A DNA stretch of 64,000 bases, taken from Bacillota bacterium. GTDB lineage: Bacteria; Bacillota; Ch66; Ch109. Numbering within the stretch: position 1 is the stretch's first letter; every line of letters starts with the position of its first letter. The DNA lies in contig JBMNLH010000004.1 of assembly GCA_050952625.1 (NCBI GenBank), positions 32,001 to 96,000 on the forward strand. Reading direction: 5' to 3'. Of the stretch, positions 55,801 through 64,000 are shown one piece after another. The translations under genes were made by a program, and so were the position numbers. Below the pieces are notes generated by a model that saw only the letters and a list, made by a program, of their open reading frames with translations, was not told the DNA's origin and made no database searches.

Positions 55801-56012
55801 ACAATCTCCTCAATTGGTTGGGTTACCTGAGACTCGGTCTCCTCCGGTCCCGCCCCGGGATAGGACACGATTATCCCGGCCATCGGGAATTTCATCTCTG
55901 GGTAAAGATCAACCGGCAGTTTGCCCAGGGAGACAGCACCTAGCACAATAACAATACTGACGAGCATCAAAATGCCTACCGGCCGTTTAACAGCAAAGTC
56001 GGATATTTTCAA
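52863..56012 (-). CDS. RND efflux permease (AcrB/SwrC family)
   Basis: FAVKRP, GRMVDDSIVV, GIVVSNGIVLVD, RLRPILMT. Confidence 0.96.
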   Translation of the reverse strand: MKISDFAVKRPVGILMLVSIVIVLGAVSLGKLPVDLYPEMKFPMAGIIVSYPGAGPEETESQVTQPIEEIVGTIGDVKNIYSSTQAGTSMVLVEFNWGKDMDFAGLEIREKVDLIKGYLPDGVDTPTVVKMDPSMMPIVQIGMSGPKDLVELKTIAEEEFKSTLERIPGVASVTITGGLTREVQVQLDPIKLQNYGLSLAQVTQVLRSDNFNQSAGEVTDAQKKLFVRSLAEFESIEEIRNLPLISMAGNTIYLRDVAEVTDGFKDQTQLTRMNGKPSIGIHIQKQSDANTVEIVDKLKQEIDQLRSRLPQDIEIEYSFDQSQFINQSISTVQRSAVEGAVLAVLVIFLFLRNIRSTFIISVAIPLSIISTFILMYFAGITFNLVSMGGLALGIGRMVDDSIVVLECIYRYRKDGYSLYEAARLGASEVGNAVMASTFTTMAVFLPIVFIEGLSAEIFRDLALTVSFAIFSSLLVALTLVPMLSSKMLTVDDPADPRQQRGYRRLLNRWGELIDYLNTVYLRVLKWALGHRKTIILGITVMLVGSLALIPLIGAEFLPGMDSGEIAVSIELDKGTVLARTDQVAGQVEAVLNQIPEVEGVFTSVGSIGTMMGQFGTQTDTAQIRVTLVPLAERKRSVSEVADDIRDQLSRLPRANIEVSVSDPMMHGMGGTSPISIAIKGDDLDILKELAEKVAAEARQVAGTREIDTTLSSGSPEVQVLVDRQKAAVYGLSALQISSTVKTAVEGQVATRYRTNDQEVDIRVRLRPESRTNLSDLENLVIQSPSGAPVMLKQVARLSYGVGPTTIERENQVRVVTVVGDIVGRDLKSVNEEIESRCRNIVLPPGYTIEFGGYNKEMIDAFQNLTYALALAILLVYMVMAVQYESFLYPFVIMFTMPTSIIGVILGLVLTGKTFCVPAFIGLIMLAGIVVSNGIVLVDYINTLRGRGMERKEAILTAGPVRLRPILMTAMATILAMFPLALGIGEGAEAQAPMAIVVIGGMTVSTVLTLVLLPVVYTLFDDLGDRVKNRLRRRLTGAGTGAQPQSESVG

Positions 56013-57199
56013 CTTTTCGCCCCCTCGCTAACCGCGGTGGCTGCCCCCGGCACTATTTCAACTGCGGTCTGATCTTTAACGGTATTCTGTCCCACTGCCA
56101 CGACTTGATCGCCGGCCTGGACCCCTTCTACGATAACTACTGAATTAAGATCAGAAGCACCGGTTCTAACTTTCGCCTCGTAGGCCCGCCCATCTCGTAC
56201 CACGTAGACTATCTGCATGTCGCCCTTATCGACAACTGCCTCTTTGGGCAATATCAGCACGTCATTGAAAGCCTCGGTGGCTAGTTCTACTTCGGCAAAC
56301 ATGCCGGGCTTCAGCAACTGCTCTGAATTGGCGATTTGTATTTTCACCGGGAAGGACTTGCTCACCGGATCCGCTGCTGGCGCAATGCTGGTTATCTCGC
56401 CTTCAAAAGGTTCCGCCGCCGCTGCTGGGACCCGGATCTTAATCTTTTCACCAGTCTTGATCCGGTTGACTTCTCCTTCAGGCACACTGCACTCCACAAC
56501 CACTCGACTAATATCGACCAGGGTGATTACCGGGCCGCCAGGCATAACCATTTCCCCCGGATCAATAGTGCGGCTGGCCACCATCCCGCTGATCGGAGCG
56601 GTGAGGGTGAAGTTTTGCAGTTGGTTTTTAATCAAATCAAGGCCGGCTTCAGCCTGCTTAACCTGAGCATCCGCCAAACCCGAATTGGCCTGGTCAAAAG
56701 CCATTTGGGCCATTTCTAAATCCTTATCGGAAACTACCCCTTGGTTATGTAGTTCTTTTACTCTTTCCAGATTGACCCGGGCGTTTTCCAAAGTTATCGC
56801 GGCCAGCTGCTGGTTAACTTGCGCCACTGTTAATCCAGCTTCTGCCTGCCGCAATTGCGCTTCTATGTCAGTAGTATCTAACTGAGCCAGAACCTGGCCT
56901 TTCTGGACCGTATCTCCTACATCAACCGAAACGGACACGACTTTACCTGATACCTTAGGGGTTATCCCTACCTCCAGGTATGGAGTTATCTTCCCAGCCA
57001 AGGTTATGTTCCGCGTGATCGAACCTCTGGTGACTGTCGCGACCTGAACTGGCACCGGCCGTATCTCCTGTTCGCCAGTGGCGACTTCATTACGGCAACC
57101 CCATCCGGACAGGGGCAGAACCAACAAGGTCAGTACCAGAAAAAAACACCACCATCGGTTTTGTACTAAACCCCTTTTTTTTACCAGCTTACACCCCAT
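56009..57199 (-). CDS. RND membrane fusion (adaptor) protein, lipoprotein-like
   Basis: Lipobox-like SGWGC, VDVGDTVQKGQVL, APISG, LKPGMFA. Confidence 0.93.
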   Translation of the reverse strand: MGCKLVKKRGLVQNRWWCFFLVLTLLVLPLSGWGCRNEVATGEQEIRPVPVQVATVTRGSITRNITLAGKITPYLEVGITPKVSGKVVSVSVDVGDTVQKGQVLAQLDTTDIEAQLRQAEAGLTVAQVNQQLAAITLENARVNLERVKELHNQGVVSDKDLEMAQMAFDQANSGLADAQVKQAEAGLDLIKNQLQNFTLTAPISGMVASRTIDPGEMVMPGGPVITLVDISRVVVECSVPEGEVNRIKTGEKIKIRVPAAAAEPFEGEITSIAPAADPVSKSFPVKIQIANSEQLLKPGMFAEVELATEAFNDVLILPKEAVVDKGDMQIVYVVRDGRAYEAKVRTGASDLNSVVIVEGVQAGDQVVAVGQNTVKDQTAVEIVPGAATAVSEGAKS

Positions 57200-57230
57200 T
57201 ACCTTTTTACCCTCCTACCTTCTCTCCAGT

Positions 57231-57287
57231 ACCGACTGGTCAGTCATTACCCTCTTTACTATACCCTTCCAATTCCAAACTGGTCAA
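57231..57287 (-). promoter_or_regulatory. sigmaA promoter plus probable TetR operator
   Basis: TTGACC-18nt-TATAGT followed by the palindrome TGACTGACCAGTCGGT. Confidence 0.6.
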
Positions 57288-57427
57288 TACTTTTCTTCAC
57301 AACCAGAGGGACGGTTCTTCCGGCCGGTTGGTGACCAAAGGCAACCAGAGGGACTATTCTACGGGTTGTGAAACCGGTTAAACAAGGTTAATTAACTCAA
57401 AAAATAAATACGTTTGTGTTTAACGCT

Positions 57428-57663
57428 TGTGTTTAAACTCGGTCAGTCAGCTGGACAGAGAACGAATCTCGTCGGCTTCAGACATTCATCAAACTCGCCC
57501 TGCGGGCTCAAACAGCGATGCTTCCTGTTCCTCAGCCCGCCTCGGTTCTCTGATGTATGATGTAAACTCGTTTCGAGCGTTGCGTTTGATTACAGGTGCA
57601 AGGCCTCAGTTCTCTGATATATAATGTAACCGCAATCGCTGACCTGCCGTTAAAACACTGCGC
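57428..57663 (+). repeat. Family C element with an internal duplication
   Basis: gtgtttaaactcggtcag...aaactcgccctgcgggctcaaaca...gctgacctgccgttaaaacac. Confidence 0.85.
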
Positions 57664-57723
57664 GATCAATATTACGTGTTCTGAATGCTTGTGTTTTCGG
57701 TCGGTCAGCCGACTAAGCCACGA

Positions 57724-57834
57724 GTCAACTCGTTCAGCTTCGCTGATCATCGAGGCTTAAAATGAAGGCTCTACTCAGCCTGAAATTTTAAACAAAAAAC
57801 CCCAGTTAATAGAAATGGGGGTTCTTGATTCAGA
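57724..57834 (-). mobile_element. Family A element, copy 5 (inverted)
   Basis: Reverse strand tctgaatcaagaacccccatttc...gatcagcgaagctgaacgagttgac. Confidence 0.65.
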
Positions 57835-57837
57835 CGG

Positions 57838-57956
57838 TTAAGTCTCATGTTTTAAATCTCATTCTTATGTCTTATATTTTATGCCTCACGTTTAAAGTCT
57901 CACGTTTTAAGTTTCACATTTTAAGTCTCACAGTTTAAGCCCTCACGTTTAAGTCT
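57838..57956. repeat. Degenerate 7/14-bp repeat (ttaagtctcacgtt)
   Basis: Read directly, downstream of fsa. Confidence 0.8.
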
Positions 57957-57982
57957 CCCGCCCAACCCATTCCTGCTTCAAT

Positions 57983-58636
57983 CTATACAACGACTTTTTG
58001 GGCAGCTTCCCAATCGGCTAAAAACCGCGCAATCCCGGCATCGGTCAAGGGATGCTTAAGCATCTGATTGATAACCGCGTAGGGAATGGTGGCAATATGG
58101 GCACCCGCCCGAGCCGCCTGGGTAACGTGCATGGGATGGCGAATGCTGGCGGCAATTACCTGGGTAGATAGCTCATGTTGCCGAAAGATATCAACGATTT
58201 CCTCAACCAGGTAGATGCCGTCCTGGCCTACATCATCCAGCCGCCCCACGAAAGGACTGACGAAACTAGCCCCGGCACGCGCAGCTAACAAGGCCTGGTT
58301 AGCGGAAAAAATCAGGGTAACGTTGGTCCGAATGCCCTCTTTGGCTAATGTAGCCACAGCCTGCAACCCCTCTGCAGTCATGGGAATTTTGATAACAATA
58401 TTGGGATGAATGGCAGCCAGCGGACGAGCTTCTGCCACCATTTCAGCCGCCTCCAGGCTTAGGACCTCCGCGCTAATCGGGCCATCAACCACGGCCACAA
58501 TTTCCTCGAGAACCTGACGGAAATCTCGACCCTCTCGCGCAACTAAGGATGGGTTGGTGGTAACCCCGCTGATTATCCCCATTGACCAAGCTGCTCTAAT
58601 CTCATCCACATTAGCCGTATCAATAAAAAGTTTCAC
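57983..58636 (-). CDS. fsa: Fructose-6-phosphate aldolase/transaldolase
   Basis: [28 protein letters not shown]. Confidence 0.95.
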   Translation of the reverse strand: MKLFIDTANVDEIRAAWSMGIISGVTTNPSLVAREGRDFRQVLEEIVAVVDGPISAEVLSLEAAEMVAEARPLAAIHPNIVIKIPMTAEGLQAVATLAKEGIRTNVTLIFSANQALLAARAGASFVSPFVGRLDDVGQDGIYLVEEIVDIFRQHELSTQVIAASIRHPMHVTQAARAGAHIATIPYAVINQMLKHPLTDAGIARFLADWEAAQKVVV

Positions 58637-58682
58637 TGGTTTACTTCCCTACCTTCTTAAAGATGCTTTTGGGTGGCGGTGT

Positions 58683-59537
58683 TTAGACTCGGCCGTTGCT
58701 CCCGAAGAGGCGGATTTTTTCACGGATAATCTCGACCGTATTCTTCCGCGCTGGTCCGAGAATTTTTCGCGGATCAATTTCTGCTGGATTTCTTTCCAAT
58801 TCCCGGCGCATTGCCCAGACAAAGGCCTCCCGAATGTTCGTATCAATATTGACTTTACGGACCCCCAGCCGGATCGCTTCCCGAATGGCATCATCAGGCA
58901 CTCCTGAAGAGCCATGTAAGACGATCGGAATATTAACCAGGGTCCTGATCTTTTCTAACCGATCAAAGTCAAGCTTCGGCTCTCCTTTATACTGGCCGTG
59001 GGCCGTGCCGATCGCGACTGCTAGAGCATCAATCCCGGTTTCTCGGACAAAAATATCCGCTTCCTTTGGATCAGTAAACAAAGCATCTCGCTCATCAACT
59101 GTAATATCATCTTCGGTCCCCCCGATCTTGCCTAGTTCCGCTTCGACCGAGACCCCGATCGGCCGGGCTATCTCCAGGACTTTGCGGGTCATCGCAATAT
59201 TCTCGTCTAGAGAAAGTTTGGAGCCGTCATACATCACTGAACTAAACCCGCTGCGAATGCACTGGACCACCTGTTGAAAACTCGTTCCATGATCCAAATG
59301 CAGGGCTATCGGAACGGTGGCCCGGGCAGCGGCGACCGCCGCCATCGAAGTTATGTAATCTAAACCGGCGTAGGTAATTGCCCCTTGGCTGGCCTGCATA
59401 ATTACCGGTGACCGTTCTGCTTCGGCTGCTTCAACAATCGCTTGGGCGATCTCCATATTATTAGTGTTAAAGGCCCCGACTGCATACCCTTCTCTTTCTG
59501 CTTCGCGTAATAAGTCTGCTAGACTGACAAAAGCCAT
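58683..59537 (-). CDS. fba: Fructose-bisphosphate aldolase class II
   Basis: HLDHG, EAELG, IGTAHG, LVLHGSSG. Confidence 0.97.
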   Translation of the reverse strand: MAFVSLADLLREAEREGYAVGAFNTNNMEIAQAIVEAAEAERSPVIMQASQGAITYAGLDYITSMAAVAAARATVPIALHLDHGTSFQQVVQCIRSGFSSVMYDGSKLSLDENIAMTRKVLEIARPIGVSVEAELGKIGGTEDDITVDERDALFTDPKEADIFVRETGIDALAVAIGTAHGQYKGEPKLDFDRLEKIRTLVNIPIVLHGSSGVPDDAIREAIRLGVRKVNIDTNIREAFVWAMRRELERNPAEIDPRKILGPARKNTVEIIREKIRLFGSNGRV

Positions 59538-59656
59538 CTTGTACTACAGCCCCCCTATTTTTAGTTTTGGTTTCCGTTTAATTATTATCCCAGAGCTGAC
59601 AAAAAAAATGCTGGACCAGGCAATATTAACACTATAATGGCAATCCAGCATCCTTT

Positions 59657-60343
59657 TTATAAATTTCTTTTATTCCGTGATTGCGAAGACCGTCCGCCGG
59701 CCCCCCCTTGATCATTAAGTCGATCCAGATAATACAACTGAATCTGTTTTCGGCTGGACAGTGCCTGATAATCAATGTCTGAACAGACTGCCAGGTCATT
59801 CCAAGCACCACATCTTTCACAAGATAGGCGTAGTTTGTCTGGAAAGACCTCAATTGCCAAATCAAGCTGCTCACAGAGACATTCGAGCTGTTGTTTTTCT
59901 ACCATTTGTCTTACCCAGCTTAAGGCCGCATCCATGGCTGATGGATTCTCAAAATAATGGGTCGCAGAATCTCCGGTTTTCTTCTGAGTTACCCGATTTT
60001 GCTCAGCCTTTCTACTGGCCGCAACTTCTTCTTCGGGGCCCAGCAAGCCGATAACCTGTCCGTTAACCAGACATTTTAGGGATAGGACCCGACTCGGCCA
60101 GACCTGCCTGCGGTTCAGCAGGTAAAGATGAGGCTGATGGCAATAAGGGCAGTAAACTTGCAGACTGAAGCGTTTGTGATTGCGACTGCCCAAATTGAGC
60201 AGATGGGTACCACAGTTGCAAGTAATGCCTACCGATTGATAGGAACTAAATAGAAAAAGAGATAAATGATAAACTTCTGTACAACCGCAGACAGTACAAC
60301 CTAAATTAGCTACAGTAGTGGTTGGAATTACCATTGGGGACAC
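59657..60343 (-). CDS. Cys-rich (multiple CxxC/CxC) putative Zn-binding protein
   Basis: CTVC, CNC, CPYC, CLC, CERC. Confidence 0.75.
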   Translation of the reverse strand: MSPMVIPTTTVANLGCTVCGCTEVYHLSLFLFSSYQSVGITCNCGTHLLNLGSRNHKRFSLQVYCPYCHQPHLYLLNRRQVWPSRVLSLKCLVNGQVIGLLGPEEEVAASRKAEQNRVTQKKTGDSATHYFENPSAMDAALSWVRQMVEKQQLECLCEQLDLAIEVFPDKLRLSCERCGAWNDLAVCSDIDYQALSSRKQIQLYYLDRLNDQGGAGGRSSQSRNKRNL

Positions 60344-60432
60344 CCCCTCTGGGTGGAGATTTTACCTGATTAATACTTCTCCACAGGATTCAAAAATCCT
60401 TCCAGCAATGTGAGGTTTCTTAAATTCTGATT

Positions 60433-60816
60433 TCAGCCTTTAGGGGTTTTGCACAGGATACTTTTAATTAGCTCCTTAAGGTAATTCAAATCAAAAGGTT
60501 TGGTAATATAGTCCTTAACTCCTAATTTCCGCGCTTCCTGCACAACCTCTAATTCTTCATATGCCGTCATCATAATGACCACCTGGGCTGGATTGTCTTT
60601 AATAATCTGGTGCAGAGTTTCCAGGCCATTCATTCCGGGCATCTTCATGTCAAGTAAAACCAGACTAGGCGGGGACTCTTTAATCTTAACCAAGGCTTCG
60701 GCCCCCTCTTTGGCTGTATCTACATTATATCCCTCTTCCCGAAAAGTTTCCTGCAGGAGACGCCGTACACCGGTCTGATCATCTACTACTAGGATTGAAT
60801 ATTTACTGAAATCCAT
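60433..60816 (-). CDS. spo0F: Single-domain response regulator Spo0F-like
   Basis: VVDDQTGVR, LLDMKMPGM, MMTAY, KPFD; upstream of fba. Confidence 0.85.
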   Translation of the reverse strand: MDFSKYSILVVDDQTGVRRLLQETFREEGYNVDTAKEGAEALVKIKESPPSLVLLDMKMPGMNGLETLHQIIKDNPAQVVIMMTAYEELEVVQEARKLGVKDYITKPFDLNYLKELIKSILCKTPKG

Positions 60817-60951
60817 TATAACCCCCCTTTTAAATCAATGAGTTAGACTACGAGTTATCGCGTCCCACAACCACGTCCCACATCTAATGCCTAACCCTTT
60901 GCGCCTCGGTTTCCAAGGCATGCTGCCGGCACAATAAACCGATCCCCGGTT

Positions 60952-61689
60952 CTATAATAATAATATCATGAGAAAGGCTAACAACATAAAAAGCAATACC
61001 CCGAACAAAATCAGCCCGGGCAATAAAAAGACCAACAAGGCCCGTCCAGTTGATAAACTGGTTGCCTCTCTAACCGTAATCACGCTCAAACCAGCAACCC
61101 AGATTCCGAGACCTAAAGACAACACCGTCAGCAAACTCGGTCCCCAGCCAAAAACATAAGCGAGATACTGAACCGGCAACAACAAGATGCCGGGTAATTC
61201 GGCAAAGCCCAGACCGGCCAGCAAACCTGATCCGTTACTGACTCCCCCAAAGAATTCTGCCGCTAGATTAAAGATGGCGGCCCCCAAAAACCACAATAAT
61301 AAGGAAAAGATAATTCCGCTCATTAATGTCAGGCCGGTCAGGTTGGTCAGGTTGGTGGTCAGCCGGGGTAAATCATGGGCTAGGGAGGGCGGCAGTTCGG
61401 TCAGCCATGGGCTTAGGGTCTCCGTTTCGATGGCCAGGATCAGATTCATATACCAACTTAGTACCTGGACCGTCAGGAAAACTAACAAGGCTTTGCCCAG
61501 CAACCTTCGCTGGGTAATCTGGCGAAAAGCCGTGGTCGGTTCAAACAAAACACCGTACAATAAATCCCACCAGCCCCAGGTTGCTGATGTTTCTGGGACG
61601 GATGAATCCGGGGTGGCTTCCAGTGGCAGAAAAGGCTGCTCTGAATTCGAGATTGCCGTCGGTTCCTCCCTTTGCTCCTCATTTGACAT
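60952..61689 (-). CDS. Yip1-domain membrane protein
   Basis: LYGVLFEPTTAF, GFAELP, LSTGRAL. Confidence 0.8.
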   Translation of the reverse strand: MSNEEQREEPTAISNSEQPFLPLEATPDSSVPETSATWGWWDLLYGVLFEPTTAFRQITQRRLLGKALLVFLTVQVLSWYMNLILAIETETLSPWLTELPPSLAHDLPRLTTNLTNLTGLTLMSGIIFSLLLWFLGAAIFNLAAEFFGGVSNGSGLLAGLGFAELPGILLLPVQYLAYVFGWGPSLLTVLSLGLGIWVAGLSVITVREATSLSTGRALLVFLLPGLILFGVLLFMLLAFLMILLL

Positions 61690-61819
61690 ATCAGCACCCC
61701 CTTCCCTATTATTCGACGTGAGATATTAGCCCACAGGACGAGTTTGGTGACTGCCTGAAGCGTCGTCGTTCGATCTCCAGCCCAGTTTAGTATCAAGGTC
61801 ACAACACGAGCGTAACTTA

Positions 61820-61862
61820 TCTGAATCAAAAGACTCCCATTTCTACAACTGGGGGTTACCTT
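61820..61862 (+). mobile_element. Family A 5' fragment
   Basis: tctgaatcaaaagactcccatttctacaactgggggttacc. Confidence 0.6.
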
Positions 61863-61901
61863 GCATAATCAGAAAGTATAAGTGCCCCCCATCCCCGGTC
61901 C

Positions 61902-62753
61902 CTAAAACAGCCAGGACCAGGGAGAAGCAACCGTGTACTCTTTTAACTGCGGTTCTCCTTCCAAGCCGGCCAGGTCCGCGGCGATTTGTACCGCATCGTA
62001 AAAGTTGCCTAGATCATCAACTAAACCGAGGTCCTTGGCCTGCCGTCCGGTGAGGACCCGACCATCAGCAATCTCAACTAATTTTTCGCGAGAAATCCGG
62101 TCCCCTCGCCCGGTGGCTACAGCCTCAATAAACTGCTGATAAGAATCATCAACGATAGATTGGGCGATCGCCCGTTCCTGATCGGTGAGGGAACGACTGG
62201 CTGAACCCATATCCTTATGGGTACCACTCTTGATTATTTCCGATTCGATTCCCAGCATGTCCATCAGCCCAGCAAAATTTTGAAATTCCATGTAAGCCCC
62301 AATACTGCCGGTCAGGGTAGCTGGGTTTGCGACAATCCGATCGGCCCCGGCAGCAATCAGGTACCCGGCTGAGGCAGTGACATCTCCCATCGACACAACC
62401 ACTAACTTGCCCGATTCCTTCAGCCGTCCGACTTCTCTGGCGATCTCCTGACCGGCTGCGGCACTGCCGCCAGGGCTGTTAATCCGAAGCAGGACCACTT
62501 TAGTCGCTGGATCGGCTGCGGCCTGACGCAGGCTGTCCATGATGTTCCGCAGACTGCCCGACCCGGTCATCCAGTTTGTGCCAAGGTCATCCGCCAATTG
62601 GCCTTCTATCCGCACCACCCCAATCGACTCGCCGTCGAACACTGAACCGCCACTTCCCGGCATTTTTTTATCCCGGGCGACCAGGGGAGCCATGACCAGG
62701 GCAATTAAGATACCGCCCAAAATCAAGCTTACGACAACTTTCTTAAAATTCAT
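61902..62753 (-). CDS. sppA: Signal peptide peptidase SppA
   Basis: RINSPGGS, ASAGY, TGSIG, ADGRV. Confidence 0.95.
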   Translation of the reverse strand: MNFKKVVVSLILGGILIALVMAPLVARDKKMPGSGGSVFDGESIGVVRIEGQLADDLGTNWMTGSGSLRNIMDSLRQAAADPATKVVLLRINSPGGSAAAGQEIAREVGRLKESGKLVVVSMGDVTASAGYLIAAGADRIVANPATLTGSIGAYMEFQNFAGLMDMLGIESEIIKSGTHKDMGSASRSLTDQERAIAQSIVDDSYQQFIEAVATGRGDRISREKLVEIADGRVLTGRQAKDLGLVDDLGNFYDAVQIAADLAGLEGEPQLKEYTVASPWSWLF

Positions 62754-63978
62754 AAGACACCTCTCTTTTTAGCCGGTGCTCTTGACCATCAGGGGTTGCC
62801 AAGAGAACCGGTTGTCCGGTTTTCAGGTATACCCGGGGAAGCCGGCGACTGATCGTGGTTCGTCGCGCCGTTAACTCGACTAAAGTCCCCGGCTCAACGC
62901 CGGGAATCCCGGTCACATCAATCATACACGACTGCATGGCGACCTTGCCGATAACTGGTGCATACCGTTCATTGACCCTAACCCGCTGTGAGCCCATCGC
63001 TACCCCGAAGCAGCTAAGAATGTTCTTGGCCACTACCTTAAGCAAATCAATAAATCCCCGCGGCCGCAAAACCGGCTCAACGGTAAAGCCATCAACATAA
63101 CCGACTGGCAGAACGCCCACTCGAGTCGGCCGACGGGTAATAAAGGTCCTCCCGTAACCAATGCTGCTCCCTCGGGGATACTCCTGGACCTGCAGGATCC
63201 GGGCTTTAAGACGCCAGGGATCTCGCAGCCGAAGCGACTGTGGAACTGAAGGGGATGGATACTGTCCGTACAGGAGGGTCCCCGGACGAACTAGGTTAAG
63301 ATGCATCTGTGGATAGGCAAGGAGTGCTGCACTGTTGCAGGCATGGCGATAAGGGATTGAAATCCCTTTTTGGTTTAAGGCTTTGGTCACCTGAAGCAAG
63401 CGTTCGAACTGTTGTAAGGTAAATCGTCGATCTTTGGGCCGACTGGAGGAGGCTGCGGCCAGGTGAGTGTAAATCCCTTCCACTTTGAGATAGGGTTCCG
63501 CTGCCAGTTTTTCGGCTAAGGCGACCGCTTCACCGGGAAATAAACCGTTACGACCCATGCCGGTCTCAACCTTTACATGAGCCCGAGTGGGGCGGCCGCG
63601 TTCCCGAGTTGCTCGAATTAAAAAACCGGCGGTAACCGTAGAGTTGATTGTTGGCGTTAAATCGTAATCCAAAGCTAAGCGAACCTGAGATTCTAACAAA
63701 GGATTAAACACCAAAATCGGGCATTCAATCCCTCGTTCCCTTAATTCAATTCCCTCGTCGACGGTGGTCACCGCTAGCTGCGTTACTCCTTGTTCGACCA
63801 AAGCCCGGCTGACTGCCGGGGCACCGCAGCCATAAGCATCTGCTTTGACTACCGCCATGATCTGGACCGCGGGATCAAGCAGCCGCTTAATTTCCTGCAG
63901 GTTATGCAGAATAGCGTCAATATCTATTTCCACCCAACGGGGACTATAACGATCAAGAATCGTCAAGTTGGTTTTCAC
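62743..63978 (-). CDS. alr: Alanine racemase
   Basis: AVVKADAYG, HVKVETGMGR, IYTHL, CNSA, VRPG. Confidence 0.93.
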   Translation of the reverse strand: MKTNLTILDRYSPRWVEIDIDAILHNLQEIKRLLDPAVQIMAVVKADAYGCGAPAVSRALVEQGVTQLAVTTVDEGIELRERGIECPILVFNPLLESQVRLALDYDLTPTINSTVTAGFLIRATRERGRPTRAHVKVETGMGRNGLFPGEAVALAEKLAAEPYLKVEGIYTHLAAASSSRPKDRRFTLQQFERLLQVTKALNQKGISIPYRHACNSAALLAYPQMHLNLVRPGTLLYGQYPSPSVPQSLRLRDPWRLKARILQVQEYPRGSSIGYGRTFITRRPTRVGVLPVGYVDGFTVEPVLRPRGFIDLLKVVAKNILSCFGVAMGSQRVRVNERYAPVIGKVAMQSCMIDVTGIPGVEPGTLVELTARRTTISRRLPRVYLKTGQPVLLATPDGQEHRLKREVSYEF

Positions 63979-64000
63979 CTTCTACTCTGAATATCGCTGC

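Noticed and set aside
48575-59277. Long antisense ORFs (for example 48575-49270, 50714-51241, 58696-59277)
   Set aside because: Shadow frames of conserved minus-strand genes.

Overview
A mostly minus-strand stretch of core chromosome from an endospore-forming, flagellated Clostridia/Peptococcaceae-like Firmicute. In transcription order it holds alr-sppA-Yip1-spo0F-fba-fsa, an RND efflux/TetR cassette, glpX-rho-M23-radical SAM, a two-component insert, VWA-rpmE-DUF1385-prfA-prmC-sua5-mntP-ptp-rpiB-glyA, an orphan C5 methyltransferase, dCMP deaminase, a MazG-like gene, the atp operon, ywmB-spoIID-spoIIID-mbl-flhO, then an LCP/csaB-tagA/VanZ cell-wall locus, Rpn, a B12 radical SAM and an SLH-anchored S8 protease. 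I see no rRNA, tRNA, CRISPR array or intact transposase. The unusual content is mainly non-coding. (A) About 7 copies of a ~110-bp three-hairpin element resemble IS200/IS605/TnpB right-end (omegaRNA) sequence, each with a different 3' flank; one supplies the rho stop codon. (B) A ~150-170-bp palindromic element. (C) A 166-bp rod-like hairpin, dispersed and also amplified into a 5-unit tandem array whose apparent GC-rich insert is the same repeat stripped only of A/T. (D) About 15 short REP-like palindromes, two read in frame inside proteins. Heptamer repeats also start at stop codons. Three nuclease/toxin genes (Uma2, HEPN, a probable REase) survive only as stubs, while Rpn is intact with an internal antitoxin start. 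Family assignments come from motif recognition, not database searches.
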